DNA from: Octopus vulgaris
Lineage: Eukaryota
Assembly (NCBI GenBank): GCA_951406725.2
Contig: OX597828.1
Span: forward strand, 17,794,001 to 17,858,000
DNA length: 64,000 nt
Reading direction: 5' to 3'
Position 1 is the stretch's first letter, and each line of letters starts with the position of its first letter. Made by a program: the position numbers and the translations under genes. The notes beneath the pieces are model-generated. The model saw only the letters and a list, made by a program, of their open reading frames with translations, was not told where the DNA came from and made no database searches. Shown here one piece after another: positions 1-15,201 of the stretch.

Positions 1-106
1 AACGACTTAATTGTCGTGAGCCCAAACCCGAAAGACTCTGTCATGTAAGCTTCAATATACATTTATATATATATATATATATATATGCATATATATGCAA
101 CTGCGC

Positions 107-163
<57 letters not shown>

Positions 164-168
164 ATTGC

Positions 169-222
<54 letters not shown>

Positions 223-569
223 GCGTGTGTATACGTACATACATAAATATACATATATAAAATATATTGTCTCATCATTTTGCTGTTGCCCAAGATGTCG
301 GAAAATTGCTACGTATTTTGCATTTTGGATACAAAGTTCAAATATATAAAATTTGCATCTTTGTTTGATATTCCAAAGGTTAATGTCAGATATTATAATT
401 TTACCTTGCTTATTTATTATTTTTTTTTTTTTACTTCTCTTTTCCTTTGCTTTCCATCTTCTTTATTTTATTTTATTTCATTTTAAAATATTTTATCTTA
501 TGTATTGGATTTTTGTGAATTTATTTACTGTTTTTTTTAATTTTATTTTCATGGAATTTATTCCATAAG

Positions 570-760
570 CATCATTCACGTCATGCACATAAACGAAACA
601 AAAGCGCGAAAAGACAAACCCATACAAATAAGAACACAGACGCATGCGCTTTAAGTGTCTTTTTCACTATCTAGAAATAGGCGTGATTGCGTGAAGCGAA
701 ACTAACAACTGAAGAGCCTCATTAACGATCGGTTCGAGAGAACGAGCGAGCAGCGAGGAA
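570..760. promoter_or_regulatory. Possible promoter-like CpG-richer patch with NRF1-like (ACGCATGCGC, 640-649) and CRE-like (TCACGTCA) motifs
   Basis: Local CpG enrichment against a very AT-rich background; motif match only, no transcript evidence. Confidence 0.2.
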
Positions 761-775
761 TGAGTATATATATAG

Positions 776-826
<51 letters not shown>

Positions 827-984
827 TGTGTGTGTGGTGATATTGCTATTTAGATAGAGAGGAATGGAATATATAAGAAAAACGGCTCTATTCATTCATC
901 GCGAGTTCTTCCTATATTACTTCTGTCGTTCGTGCAAGATAAGAATCAATCTTGTGCGCCTATATTAGCTAAAAAGGAGAGAAA

Positions 985-1103
985 GAGTAGTAGTCGTAGC
1001 AGCAGTAGTAGTAGTAGTAGTAGTAATAATAATATTGATATTAATAATAATAATAATAATGATAATAATAATAATAATAATATTGATAATAATAATAATA
1101 ATA

Positions 1104-1156
<53 letters not shown>

Positions 1157-1237
1157 TATAATAATAACAATGATAATATTGATAATAAAAATAATAATAA
1201 TAATAATAATAATAAAGATAATGATAATAATAATAGT

Positions 1238-1326
<89 letters not shown>

Positions 1327-1460
1327 GAAGAAGAAGAAGAAGAAGAAGAAGAAGAAGAAGAAGGAGAAGAAGAAGAAGAAGAAGAAGAAGGAGAAGTAGA
1401 AGAAGAAGAAGAAGAAGATGAAGAAGAAGAAGATGAAGAAGAAGAAGAAGAAGAAGAATG
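985..1460. repeat. Compound trinucleotide microsatellite (AGT)n-(AAT)n-(AAG)n
   Basis: Directly visible; produces the poly-S/N/K artefact ORFs. Confidence 0.97.
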
Positions 1461-1726
1461 ATACAAAGAAAGAAGAACGAAAAGGAAAACCACCTAATAA
1501 TCCATTAGTATACGAAATGTCATTCTCAAAGATCATTTCTCATACACCTTAGCTAAACTTTGAAAATCTTTGTATACACACACATATACACACACACATA
1601 CACACACACATACACATACACGCACGCACGCATGTGCGTGCGTGTGTGTATATATATGTCTGTATGTATATGCATACATATATATCTGTATATATATATA
1701 TAGACATATATATATATATATTTGTA

Positions 1727-1784
<58 letters not shown>

Positions 1785-1930
1785 TATATATAAGTATATA
1801 TATATGTAGATACACTCATATATCCGTATATATGTATATATATGTGTGTGTGAGCTTGTGCGTGTATATATGAGTGTGTGTGTATGTATATATGTATTTA
1901 TGTGTGTGTACGTGTGTGTGTATATGTATG

Positions 1931-1961
<31 letters not shown>

Positions 1962-2480
1962 GTGCGTATATATATATATATATATATATATATGTTTGTA
2001 TTTATGGATACAATTCTATATATTTATGTGTATGCATATATGCGTTTGCGCGCGTGTGTGTATTGTGTATGATATGTGCAATATGTATCGTATGTTCTTT
2101 GTTATATTACTTATAATTTCAAGGTTATTTTCATGATTGTTTATTCTAAGAGAATAGCTTCATATCGTCATATCTCTTATCTTTTACATTGTTCCCACAC
2201 CACCACTGCCATGACAACTACCACCACCACCACCACCATCATCACAACCACTACCTCCACCACCACTACTACCTGCACCACCATCCATATCACCAGCAGG
2301 ACCACCGCCAACACCTCCACTCACATTCTTGTGAATGTATGCGTGTAAAATGTATGAAACGTTTGTATGTATTCGTGCGTGTGTTGTACACAAGCGTGTT
2401 TCCGTGAACGTTTCATGAATGCATGAACAATGCGTGTTCTATGTTTAAGTACGTTTCTGTGTTGCGTGTGCATGTGAGTT

Positions 2481-2536
<56 letters not shown>

Positions 2537-3676
2537 TATGTGCGTGTGTGTGGTGCGCGCGTGTGAGTTTTATATACATATTAAAATACGAAAAGATTCT
2601 ATTACAATTATGCTCGTTTTGAAACTGGTAGTTCAACAATAGAATTCATTTCCTGAATTAGTTAATAAACTATAAGAAAGAGAAAGAGAGACCTGAAGAA
2701 GGAAAACAGAGCAAGGAAGAAGGAAAGAGAGGGAGAGAGAGAGAGGGGGAGAGAGAAAGGGAGATAAGAACGTATGAAAGACAGAAAGTGATGAAAATAT
2801 AGAAAGAGAGTTTTATTCAAATACTTTATTAACGTCTTCTCGAGATTTGGCCTTTAAAATAAAATTAATAAATAAGGCTTTGCATTAATATGAAAGCTAC
2901 TGTACGTTATTAGCAGAATGACACAATGGTATTTGGTTCTTTGTACTCGTACCTATTTCCGTGTATTGTAGTATTAACGAGTGGTAGGTGGGGGTGAGAA
3001 TATTTCTTCCCAAAATAGAAATCTGCGTTATTGGGAGCCAATATCTTTCGACGCTTTGGTAATTATTTTCTGGAAATTGAAAGATAGGTACAAGCATAAG
3101 GTGTCTTCTTCCAATATGGTGCAACATTTGATGGCGCTGAGTCATATCAAAAGATATTTATGTTTATCAAAGTGGGAAGCTTATAAAACGCATGCGTATA
3201 ATAAACGCACACAAACATACACACATATATATGCGTCTCGGGATGTATGTATGTATGTATGTATGTATATTTGTATGTGTGTATGTGTGTGTCAGTGTGT
3301 ATGTGTGTGTGTCAGCGTGTCTGTGTGCGTGTATACGTATACTCTTTTACTCTTTTACTTGTTTCAGTCCTTTGACTCTAACCATGCTGGAGCACCGCCT
3401 TTAGTCGAGCAAATCGACCCCAGGACTTATTCTTTGTAAGCCAAATAAATGTTCTATTATAGAATTGACTTCCTAAAGTTATTACTAAGCATTAGCAATG
3501 ACATTAGGACGAATATTTAGTTATTACACTCACAGAGGAGACTTTTGTAGTTGTTTTGTCACGATCCTTCTATATCCCAAGTCTTCGGTTACATCAGAAG
3601 GGAATCTTTCTGTTGAAATACGAAAGGCCTGTGAGTGTGTGTTGTCAATGAGATGCAACAACTAACTGTAGAATTC

Positions 3677-3742
<66 letters not shown>

Positions 3743-4060
3743 GCTCTTTTTACTCGTTTACTTGTTTCAGTCATTTGAATGTGGCCATGCTGGAGCACCG
3801 CCATTAGTCGGGCAAATCGATCCCAGGACTTATTCTTTGTAAGTCTATCGGTGTCTTTTGCCGAACCGCTAGCTTACGGGGACCTAAACACACCAGCATC
3901 GGTTATCAAGGGATGTTGGGGGACGAACACAGACACATAAACACACACACATATAGCTTTGGTCGGCCCGGAGCTACACTAGAAGACACTTTCCCAAAGT
4001 GCCACGCAGTGGGCCTGAACCCGGTTGGTAAGCAGGCTACTTACCGCAAAGTCACACTTG
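3743..4060 (-). mobile_element. SINE family A (tRNA-derived head, internal microsatellite, (GAGTAAAA)n tail), internally deleted copy
   Basis: Shares blocks ggcggtgctccagcatggcc / cttacaaagaataagtcctggg / accttgggcaagtgtcttc with other copies in the window. Confidence 0.85.
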
Positions 4061-4069
4061 TGTCTATAA

Positions 4070-4472
4070 AATTTTGGGGAGGTGGGGCCAATCGATTAGA
4101 TCGACCTCAGTACGCATCTAGTACTGAATTTATCGACTCCGAAAGGATGAAAGGCAAAGTAGACTTCGGTAGAATTTGAACTCCGAACCTATAGACGGAC
4201 GAAATACCGCTCAGTATTTCACCCGGCGTTCTAACGTTTCTTATTTCTTTACTGCCCACAAAGGGCTACACACAGAGAGAACAAACAAGGACAGACACAC
4301 GGATTAAGTCGATTATATCAACCTCAGTGCGTAACTGGTACTTATTTAATCGACCCCGAAAGGATGAAAGGCGAAGTCGACCTCGGCGGAATTTGAACTC
4401 AGAACATAAAGAGAGACGAAATACCGCTAAGCATTTCGCCCGGCGTGCTAACGTTTCTGCCAGCTCGCCGCC
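4070..4472 (-). mobile_element. SINE family B dimer (copy with Tx1-like tail inserted in an older copy); central domain Deu/Nin-like
   Basis: ggcggcgagctggcagaaacgttagc head, gagttcaaattcc B box, gcctttcatcctttcggggtcgat central domain; junction at 4240/4241. Confidence 0.9.
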
Positions 4473-4796
4473 TTATGATATATGTGTATTTACGTATGTA
4501 AAAAAGCCTATGAGTATCTGACATTATATACTTGGATGTCTGTGTGTGTGCTTGTGAATATATGTTTATCTATATAGTCTTTCATACATACGTGTATTTA
4601 TATATATGATATGAATTGTATAATTATTATATATGTCGTACGCACATGATATATACATTGATATTGTTATTCGGTTGTTTGTGAGATGAGCAAAATGTAT
4701 AAACATACATATATATACATATATATGTACATGTATATGTATACATATATACATATATGTATGTCATTTGGTCGAGGTTCACTTTACCTTGCAGGG

Positions 4797-4860
<64 letters not shown>

Positions 4861-4861
<1 letters not shown>

Positions 4862-4980
4862 GGCCTGCTCGCGTAGCCAGTGAGGTGGCGTCATTTGAAG
4901 GCTAAAACAATGCGAAGCGCATTGTGACCAGCGATGTGTAGCAACATCTGATATCCTGGTCGATCACGGTGATCACGGTG

Positions 4981-4982
<2 letters not shown>
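4861..4982 (+). mobile_element. Short ~120-bp retroposon fragment with (CACGGTGAT) tail inserted in (TA)n
   Basis: Homologous copy in opposite orientation at 35379-35490. Confidence 0.7.
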
Positions 4983-5012
<30 letters not shown>

Positions 5013-6250
5013 TTAATATGCATGGTGCGTGTTATTTCAAACTTTATGTAAATAATTTTAAATTCGTGAAACGAAAGTTATGAATGTAAAGTGATTTTTT
5101 TCTTTTTAACCATTAAATTTTGCAATATTTTGCTAAAGGCGGTGCTTTTGCATGGCCAGAAGTCAAATGACTGAAACAAGTAAAAACCCTCGTAAGGAAG
5201 AAATGAGGCTGCGTGATGTTATTTTGATCAAGATAAGAGTTTAGTAGAGCAGCAGAAGCATCCCTAGGCATATGAGTTATGTATTATATACAGACTGAGA
5301 TTAGCTGCAATTATCCTTACCGAAGAATATTTCAGTCAGCAAACCAGCGGGGGAACGTCTATTGGGAGTCTCTACGTAGGCTCTCTACATACAACGACTA
5401 AATTTTCTTCAAAGCACACCCGAAAATTATAGATAAGAGAAAGACACGTAAATAATATTGTCCTACAAAACGCTAGAAGGAGGGTATGATTGCATGATCA
5501 TGGCGGAAATGTTTCTGATCTTCTCTCTATGGGTTAAAATCTGACCTTGACCTACATTACTGAAACAAAAACAAAAGTTTAAACAACTTTCTTTGAATTC
5601 CATTAACTCACTGTATCTAAGACGTCGAAGGAATTATGTTTATGAACTGAATGCATATGTATTTAATTGTATATAAGGTACGAATAGTTATCATTGCCAC
5701 ACGGAGATGGAAAACGGCAAGGAACTGGGTGTTTGTTTAATAGTTTGTTTACTAATTCTTTAGTAAAGGAAAAACAAAAAAAAAAAGATTGGCTGTCGAT
5801 AACTGGAAAGTACTCTATTTAATAGGTATATATGAAGTTTAAGGCTGTGAGCTGCCAGAACCGTTAATGTGTCGGGAAAAATGCTTAGCGGTGTTTCGTT
5901 CGTTTTCAGTTCCTGGGTTCAAATGCTGCTGAGTTCGACTTTGCCTTTCATCATTCGAGGTCGATAAATTAAATATCAATTGAGTGCTGTGGTCGATGTA
6001 AACGAGATACTTCCTTCTCCAAAACTGCTAGCCTTGTACCAGAATTTTAAAACTACGTATATTCACAGTATGGTATTGTTCAAATCATAGATTTAAAATT
6101 AACGAAGTAATGCAAGAATTTTAAATGATATTATTCCAGGGAAATAACAAAATAAATCACTACATCTTGGTATTTCACAGTCCTATGTCAGATGTTGACA
6201 TGGTGACATAATCGCTCGGATTTTCTATTGTTGATATCTTAAGAGATTCT

Positions 6251-6357
<107 letters not shown>

Positions 6358-6840
6358 TATAAGTACATATATATATATATATATAATATGCATGGTGCGT
6401 GTTATTTCAAACTTTATGTAAATAATTTTAAATTCCGTAAAACGAAAGTTATGACACCTAAGCTCCACGAGGCTCCGGCGGGGGTGGGGGTGGGGGGGTT
6501 GAACCCTGCTGTACTCTTTCACCACAACTTTCTCTCACTCTTTCTTCCTACTTCTGCCACAAAGCAGAGGAACCATGGTGTAACCCACTATAGTATTTTA
6601 AAACTTTCAGACCCTAGTCTAGATTGCGAATCCTCTGTACCCCAGGATGGTTCAGCTCTCCACCCTTTAAAAGCCACCGTTTACGGAATGAGGATAACAA
6701 CGTAGCTTTTGCGCCCGTGCAACCGCCAGTCTATCGCGTGTAGTGGGTGGATCTTCAAGTTGCCACACGCATTCTAAGTAGCTTAGAGTAGGCTCGAATT
6801 AGAGATTATTCTTTGTGGTTAATGGCGTGAGTCCTGATTG

Positions 6841-6973
6841 GAAGAAGAAGAAGAAGAAGAAGAAGAAGAAGAAGAAGAAGAAGAAGAAGAAGAAGAAGAA
6901 GAAGAAGAAGAAGAAGAAGAAGAAGAAGAAGAAGAAGAAGAAGAAGAAGAAGAAGAAGAAGAAGAAGAAGAAG
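6841..6973. repeat. Pure (GAA)n microsatellite, possibly a retroposon tail
   Basis: Directly visible. Confidence 0.95.
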
Positions 6974-8156
6974 CGTCTTCATGATGACCATGTCAAGACC
7001 AATGGAGCAATCCAGATTAATCTAACAATGTTTCTATAGCAGAAATAAGAGGATCAGATTATCATTATTCCTTAAATCTGAAAGCTCACTGTATCTAAGA
7101 CGTCGAAGGAATTATTGTTTATGAACGGAATGCATATGTATTTAATTGTAAGCTCTCAGACCCAAAAAGCTCTCAGGAGTATCCTGAATACTGTTGGCCC
7201 TCATGCTCCGCTTAGGAAACTGATGTAACACGAAATGAAAACTGAATGATTCTGAGCACATTAGTCTAACCAATAAGGCATGTGACTTCATATAGCACCA
7301 TAGAAAAGTGGTGAAGTACACGGGGTTCCTATAATGATCACGTCTACTTGAGTGCGATTCAACCAAGGTGAGAACAAGTGCATTTATAGCAAGGAAAGCA
7401 AGAAACGCAAAAGACTTGTGTCGATAACTGGAAAGTACTCTATTTAATAGGTATATATGAAGTTTAAGGCTGTGAGCTGCCAGAACCGTTAATGTGTCGG
7501 GAAAAATGCTTAGCGGTGTTTCGTTCGTTTTCAGTTCCTGGGTTCAAATGCTGCTGAGTTCGACTTTGCCTTTCATCATTCGAGGTCGATAAATTAAATA
7601 TCAATTGAGTGCTGTGGTCGATGTAAACGAGATACTTTTGTTTTAAAGTGATCAAACTTGAAAATTTCCATCACAATTTTGTGTTAATTTATGATCGGAA
7701 CTCCAGTGTGACAAAGTTATTTTACTACATTTTTGATTATTATAAAAATTAATTGAAACAAAAGCAATGCATTTCTATAGAAATATAGTTACAAAAAATA
7801 AAATAAAAAGGTACCAAAAGAATGTATAATTGAAATTTGCTCATAAAATTACAATGAAAAGTGACGTTACCTGAAAAAAAAACAACAAAAATAAACCAAA
7901 AGGAGAGCGTTCATATAATATTGTCAATAATTGACTGAAAAGCTGACAGTTAAATTTTAGGGTATTTGGGGGGCTGTTAAAATATGAGACGCTGACTTGA
8001 CAGACACAATGTCTTGGAAAATTCCGTTTCGTTCATAACTCGCCAGTGTTAACTACGCATTTCATCTGACCAATGTCCATAAAGTATAATAGTAGTAAAG
8101 TGTCGAGGTCTATATATTTGACTACCCGCTTCTGCCAAAACTGTGTGGAAAATAGA

Positions 8157-8722
<566 letters not shown>

Positions 8723-9063
8723 GAGTATAGAGCTTTTGCATTAGCCGGGTATTGTTGAAGCTCTCAACACTAAGTTCATATACGGCAAAAGTTGTCCCTT
8801 CTGAAGATCGATAAAATGAAATACCAGTCAATCAAATATCCAAGACAATTTATTTGACTATAAGCTCTCAACTAAATTAGCGCCCCATAGCAATGTAGGA
8901 AACTGCTGATAAAGACCTATATAAGTCTGGGCTGCTCGACTGGGATGACTACAAGATTTCTGGGAGTCCACGCAAGAAAAATAGTAAACTGGTGACCATA
9001 GTGGAATTTTAGGGGCCCACGTAAATGTTTTCCACTGGGTGCATTTGTTGTAAAAAGCAACTA

Positions 9064-9454
9064 CAGTAATCCCTCGCCATATTGCGGTTCACCTATCGCA
9101 GTTTATTATTTAAGCTTACGTCGATTCCTTCCTGGTTTTTGGTGGTGATGGCAACCAAACGGTAGCCCCGAGCGACTTGCAACCATCCTCACATCATTGC
9201 CCACCCCATTTTACCTCCAAACGTAAATTTTGGCGCCAATCCGACACCATCTAACGTCATTCCCATCCCAAAATGAGACAAATAACGAAGAAATCAAACA
9301 ACTTTTTCGCATTTCAGCTTTATAGATATTGATAAATATATAAAAGTTATAAAAATAACAAAGTACATACTACAGTAATGTTTCTATTTTGCGGTTTTTC
9401 ACCTATCCAGCGGGTTTTTGGAACATAACACCCGCGATAGTCGAGGGATCACCG
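9064..9454. mobile_element. Tc1/mariner superfamily (pogo/Tigger-like) MITE
   Basis: Terminal inverted repeats CAGTAATCCCTCG ... CGAGGGATCACCG flanked by TA on both sides. Confidence 0.75.
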
Positions 9455-9712
9455 TAGGTTTATTGGCCCAATGCCACATGGTTCATCACGTTTCCGGCCA
9501 GTTAAATATGTTCATTCTGAAGGTGGTATTGCAAACCTACACAAGTGAACATGTGAAAAACAAGCTAGGAATTTTGAAAGATGTATCTAAAAAACTATTT
9601 TTCTTACATCAAATGGCTACTGGGACCCGCCAGAGTAAAATGAAAATCAATGTTGTGCATAGACAGAAAATCGTTGAGGACCACTGATATAAATAAATAT
9701 GTTATGTTGTTA

Positions 9713-10035
9713 TGTGAAGGCGCATGGCTCAGTGGTTAGAGCGTCGAGCTTACCATCGTGAGGTTGTGAGTTCGATTCCCGGACCAGGCTGCGAGTTGTG
9801 TTCTTGAGCAAGACACTTTATTTCACATCGCTCCAGTTAACTCAGCTGTAGAAATTAGTTGCGAAATCACTGGCGCCAAACTGTATCGGCCTTTGCCTTT
9901 CCCTTGGATAACACTGGTGGCGTGGAGAGGGGAGGCTGGTATGCATGGGCGACTGCTGGTCGTTCCCGGATTTGTGCCTGGGAGGGTAAGTTTCTAGGTG
10001 CAATCCCATGGTCTGTCATGACCGAAGGAGGTCTC
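9713..10035 (+). mobile_element. tRNA-derived SINE family D (MetaSINE-like central domain)
   Basis: A box tggctcagtgg, B box gttcgattccc, followed by gtgttcttgagcaagacactttat. Confidence 0.8.
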
Positions 10036-11019
10036 CTCCTCTTCCTCTTATCTTGTTATGTTGTACATTTAGTTTTCTTGTCATCTAATTTTGCTCAGAG
10101 AAGGTAACATAACCAATAAGATGAGTTCAAGGTGCTGTTTTCGCTATTTAAACTTAAGATAAAATCTTTCCGCTGGGAAATTATGCGATAAAGAAAACAA
10201 TTGGGGCGTCTTGCAACTAGAAATAGTTGTCTATTAGTTTCATATAAGTTATGTGTTTGATTGAGGTATCTTAGTTTTCTACAGCTAGTACGAAGAGGCT
10301 ATTTGCCCTGACTTTGACAATATTTCTGAGATATATGTGGCAGAAGAAAACGAAGGAAGAAACCAAATCTTATGGTTTGCTGTTGTTGCGACTACTGCTG
10401 ATGTTGCTGTGACTGCTACTACTGCTAATGATTCTTTAGGAAGCCACGTATCTTCACTACAGATCACTGACCCGGATGTTGCACCAGAATAGAGACACAG
10501 CTAAAAACACGCAAGAGTCAGAGGGGCGGTGTTAAACCAAGCAATAGCGCTGTGTTAGGCCTACCACACAGTTTGTCAATATTTAGTAAGAAACAAAACA
10601 AACCTACATCTATATACATATGCATTTAACACAAATTTCTCGAATGCTTTACAGTTGATATCACGTGGCTTATTTTATGCAGGTAACTAAGAATCATTGC
10701 CACACATCGCCTTATTATAAATAGACTGTTCTGTTTATACAAGCTGGGAATGCTCTCATTGAGCGGTACAACGTCAGAACTCGGATATCATTTAACTAAA
10801 TCAACGTAAATCTCTACTATTAGGTCTAAAGTAACTACATGATGTTATCATACCAGTTAAGGTCGTTTGGAATATTTCAAAATCCTAAATACAGCGTTTC
10901 GAAAATTCTTATCATTCTAAATGAAAGTGTAGATTCCTGATTTCAGATTCCAGCCCGCAAACATAGGCATGCACCTAATAAATAACCTGGTTTTTGGTGC
11001 ATGCGTGTATAAATAAATA

Positions 11020-11055
<36 letters not shown>

Positions 11056-11111
11056 TGTATGTATGTATGTATGTATGTATATATAAATGTATGTATGTAT
11101 GTATGTATGTA

Positions 11112-11193
<82 letters not shown>

Positions 11194-11194
11194 A

Positions 11195-11468
11195 AGAACC
11201 GCCACTTTTCCACATTGAAATGCTACAGCTCCGGTAATGCAGGCCTATGTTTAAAATGTCGCAGAAGAGAATCGAAAGACGAATAGTTCAAGCCGTGCCA
11301 ACTGACAGGAAGAGTAGAGCAAGGACGAGATAGGTAGATGATATCCATAGTCTCAGCTGGTGGCTTTAACACTTCAGCGGGATATACTTATGACGGTTGC
11401 TTCAGATGGGACTCTATCTTAGGAATCTATCCCCCACGACCCTTGCAAGAATAATAGGTAGATAAGAT

Positions 11469-11472
<4 letters not shown>
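11195..11472 (+). mobile_element. Degraded RTE-clade (Rex3/Expander-like) LINE 3' end
   Basis: Broken translation HIE.LQLR...[29 protein letters not shown]...PPRP, then GATGGAT tail. Confidence 0.55.
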
Positions 11473-11542
<70 letters not shown>

Positions 11543-11589
11543 TCATTTATTTATATATACATATATATGTGTATGTATATATATATATG

Positions 11590-11621
<32 letters not shown>

Positions 11622-11625
11622 TGTT

Positions 11626-11721
<96 letters not shown>

Positions 11722-12431
11722 GAAAATGGGGCAAAAACGCAATAAGGGATAATAAAACATCAGGACAGATAGATGATACAAAAGCCGACAGGAAAAACAA
11801 CGATTAAGGGACAGGAAAACAAGGACGGGTCATTAGTAGCCTTCTTTCGTCAATCAAGTTACCAGATGTCCTTACAGTTTCGGGCAGTTACATTTGAAAC
11901 TGTTCAATCGGGTTGCCACCCCACTTCCCAACCCACCCTCGCTAGCAAAGGTAAACGTCTAAGCTAAGGGCATTAGAGTTTTTTGTAAGATAGCAAGCGA
12001 ATTTGTATGACAACAAAGACAAAAAACTGAGAACAAGTTTTACTCGGTCATCTTACCTCTACGCAGCGTGCTTCAACTTCTCTCTGCTTCATTATCTCTT
12101 AGCTCTAAAGAACGCTAGCATTCACCCAACATATTGTCTGTTTGTCCTAAATCTACCGGTAACTTTCGATGCAAAACCAAGACACCATTTTATTGTTACT
12201 GTCCTTCTCTAAATAGAGTGGATTTTGTTTTTACTAAAAATGCCCAACAATCACGATGAAGAGGGATGCGAACGCCGAAAAATATATGCTGCGCTGGTAG
12301 AAGCAAGAAATGTGTTTATATTAACAACTAGTCTGTATATCAAGCACGAAAACTTGAACTTACAGGTTGGCTAATTCACTTCTCGTGCTCCCGTACGCAT
12401 TGAGGTTGACTAATCTACAAATAACCATCAA

Positions 12432-12850
12432 GTCGGCGAGCTGGTAGAAATGCTAGCACGCCGGGCGAAATGCGTAGCCGTATTTCGTCTGCCGTTACGT
12501 TCTGAGTTCAAATTCCGCCGAGGTCGACTTTGCCTTTCATCCTTTCGGGGTCGATAAATTAAGTACCAGTTACGAATTGGTTTCGATGTAATCGACTTAA
12601 TCCCTTTGTCTGTCCTTGTTTGTCCAATCTATGTTTAGCCCCTTGTGAGCATTAACGAAATAAGAATCGTTAGAATGCCCGACGCAATTCTTACCGGCAT
12701 TTCGTCCGTCCTTACATTCTGAGTTTGACTTTGCCTTCCATGCATTCCGGGAAGTTAAAATAAGTACTAGTTGAGTACTGGGGTTGATATAACCGATTTA
12801 ATCCCTCCCTCAGAATTGATGGCTTTGTATCAAAAATTTAGAGCCACTAT
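12432..12850 (+). mobile_element. SINE family B dimer
   Basis: Copy with Tx1-like tail (12432-12663) followed by the older copy resuming at gaatcgttag. Confidence 0.88.
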
Positions 12851-13161
12851 ATAAATGACTATTTAAGCACAACTCGCATTCATATGAAAAGTGTGTTAAA
12901 GATCCTTCCCGGAAAATATATAAACTCACAGGGCCGGCTACCCAGTTTTTGTGGGTCATATATCTCCACGGAATGGAACGCCAGACCCCCGCAGGTTAAT
13001 TCGGTTTTTGAGAGCAACGTAAAATGAAATATTTTGCTCAAGAAAATAATGCGTGTCTCGGCCCAGGAATCGAAGCCTAAGCCATATGCTCATAAGTGTA
13101 ACATCCCTAATAACTATGCTACGCGCCTCCACAGCATTCATATATACATACTCGTATAAAT

Positions 13162-13219
<58 letters not shown>

Positions 13220-13254
13220 TGACAGAGAGAGGAATAGATGTATGTATGTGTATG

Positions 13255-13295
<41 letters not shown>

Positions 13296-13656
13296 ATACT
13301 TGAATATATATGCATACACAAGCACACACATGTAGAGGTTCACTCAAAGTTTGCGCGTGTACTCACGTGCACGTGTGATATTGTGGGCGTGCGCACTCAT
13401 GTACGTGTGTTTGTGTGAGTGGGTGAGGGTATCTGTATTATATGTTAAGATGGCAAAGGTCGGATATACGAACATGAGCTCTCGTATACATAATACGCTG
13501 GCTTTCTTTGCTGACATTAATATTACTCGCTTGCTTGTGTTCTTTGCAGGAATATGGACTTTTTTACGCGAACAATATATGCACATTCAACAATAAGAGC
13601 AAGTAACATTTATACATACATGCGTACGTACATACATACATTCATACATACATACA

Positions 13657-13688
<32 letters not shown>

Positions 13689-14076
13689 CATACATACATA
13701 CATACATATACATACTTACATACATATATATATATATATGCATGCATGTATATATCTGTATCTCTATGTTTGTGTAAATATATAATCGCACATCTATACA
13801 TATATAGATACACATATATGCATACATATATATATATATATACATATACATATGTATGTATTTATGTACTTACGTGTATATACGTGCACACGCACATCTA
13901 CATACATATATAAATACATAGGCATATATATATATATATATATATAAAAGAACCACGTATCCACAGTGCATGTTTTTGAAGCATGAATTAGTTAGATTCT
14001 TAACCTTCACGTAAAAAAAAAGAGAGAGAGAAAAGAAAAAGGGGGGAAAAAACGCTGAATTTCGCAATGGAAACTG

Positions 14077-14156
<80 letters not shown>

Positions 14157-14186
14157 TGCAGCAGCAGCAGCAGCAGTAGTAGTAGC

Positions 14187-14251
<65 letters not shown>

Positions 14252-14254
14252 AAG

Positions 14255-14283
<29 letters not shown>
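14077..14283. repeat. (TAG)n/(CAG)n/(GAA)n compound microsatellite
   Basis: Directly visible. Confidence 0.96.
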
Positions 14284-14285
<2 letters not shown>

Positions 14286-14878
14286 TGAAATTTGCTCTTA
14301 CTTGATCTGGCACTGTATAACTCTTTACCGGTTTCTGTAAAGAAAGCACCATCGATTACTCTCTCTCGTAAATACGACTCTTGCAAATCGCAAAGATTGA
14401 TCGTAATAAACAGCTGACTTACGTGTAGAAAAGAAACAAAATAAACGAAATCGGAATTAGAGATAATACATCTAACTGTTTACTGATATAATATTATTTT
14501 TCTAGTTGTATACAAAGCTATGTCTAATCCATGCCGTTTTTTTCCATGATTTCTTCTTGTAGACGAGAGAAAAAGATCAAAGTTCAAACAAAAAAAAATA
14601 AAGAAAGAAAGAAAAAAAAAGAAAAGAAAAAGAAATAGTACCCTTTCTTTCTGCTTTCTTTCTTTCTTTCTTTTTTTTCTTTTATGGATTTATATATTTA
14701 TCTGTTTTTATTTTACTTTGCTTCTTTTTCGAGGGGATGAATGAGAACAAGCAAATAATGGAAGGGGCCTCTTTCATGTAACTCCTTACTTCTATAGCAC
14801 ATAATTATATATATTTGCACACACACACATATTTATATACACACATATATATTCGTGCATATTTGCATATATATATTC

Positions 14879-14940
<62 letters not shown>

Positions 14941-14993
14941 GAATATACACATATTGGTATGAAGGTATATATATATATATATATATATATGTG

Positions 14994-15030
<37 letters not shown>

Positions 15031-15081
15031 GAATATACACATATTGGTATGAAGGTATATATATATATATATATATATGTG

Positions 15082-15201
<120 letters not shown>

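Noticed and set aside
11860-11915. Hammerhead in the element at 11720-12210
   Set aside because: GAAA...GUA present on minus but no recognisable CUGANGA core or stem I
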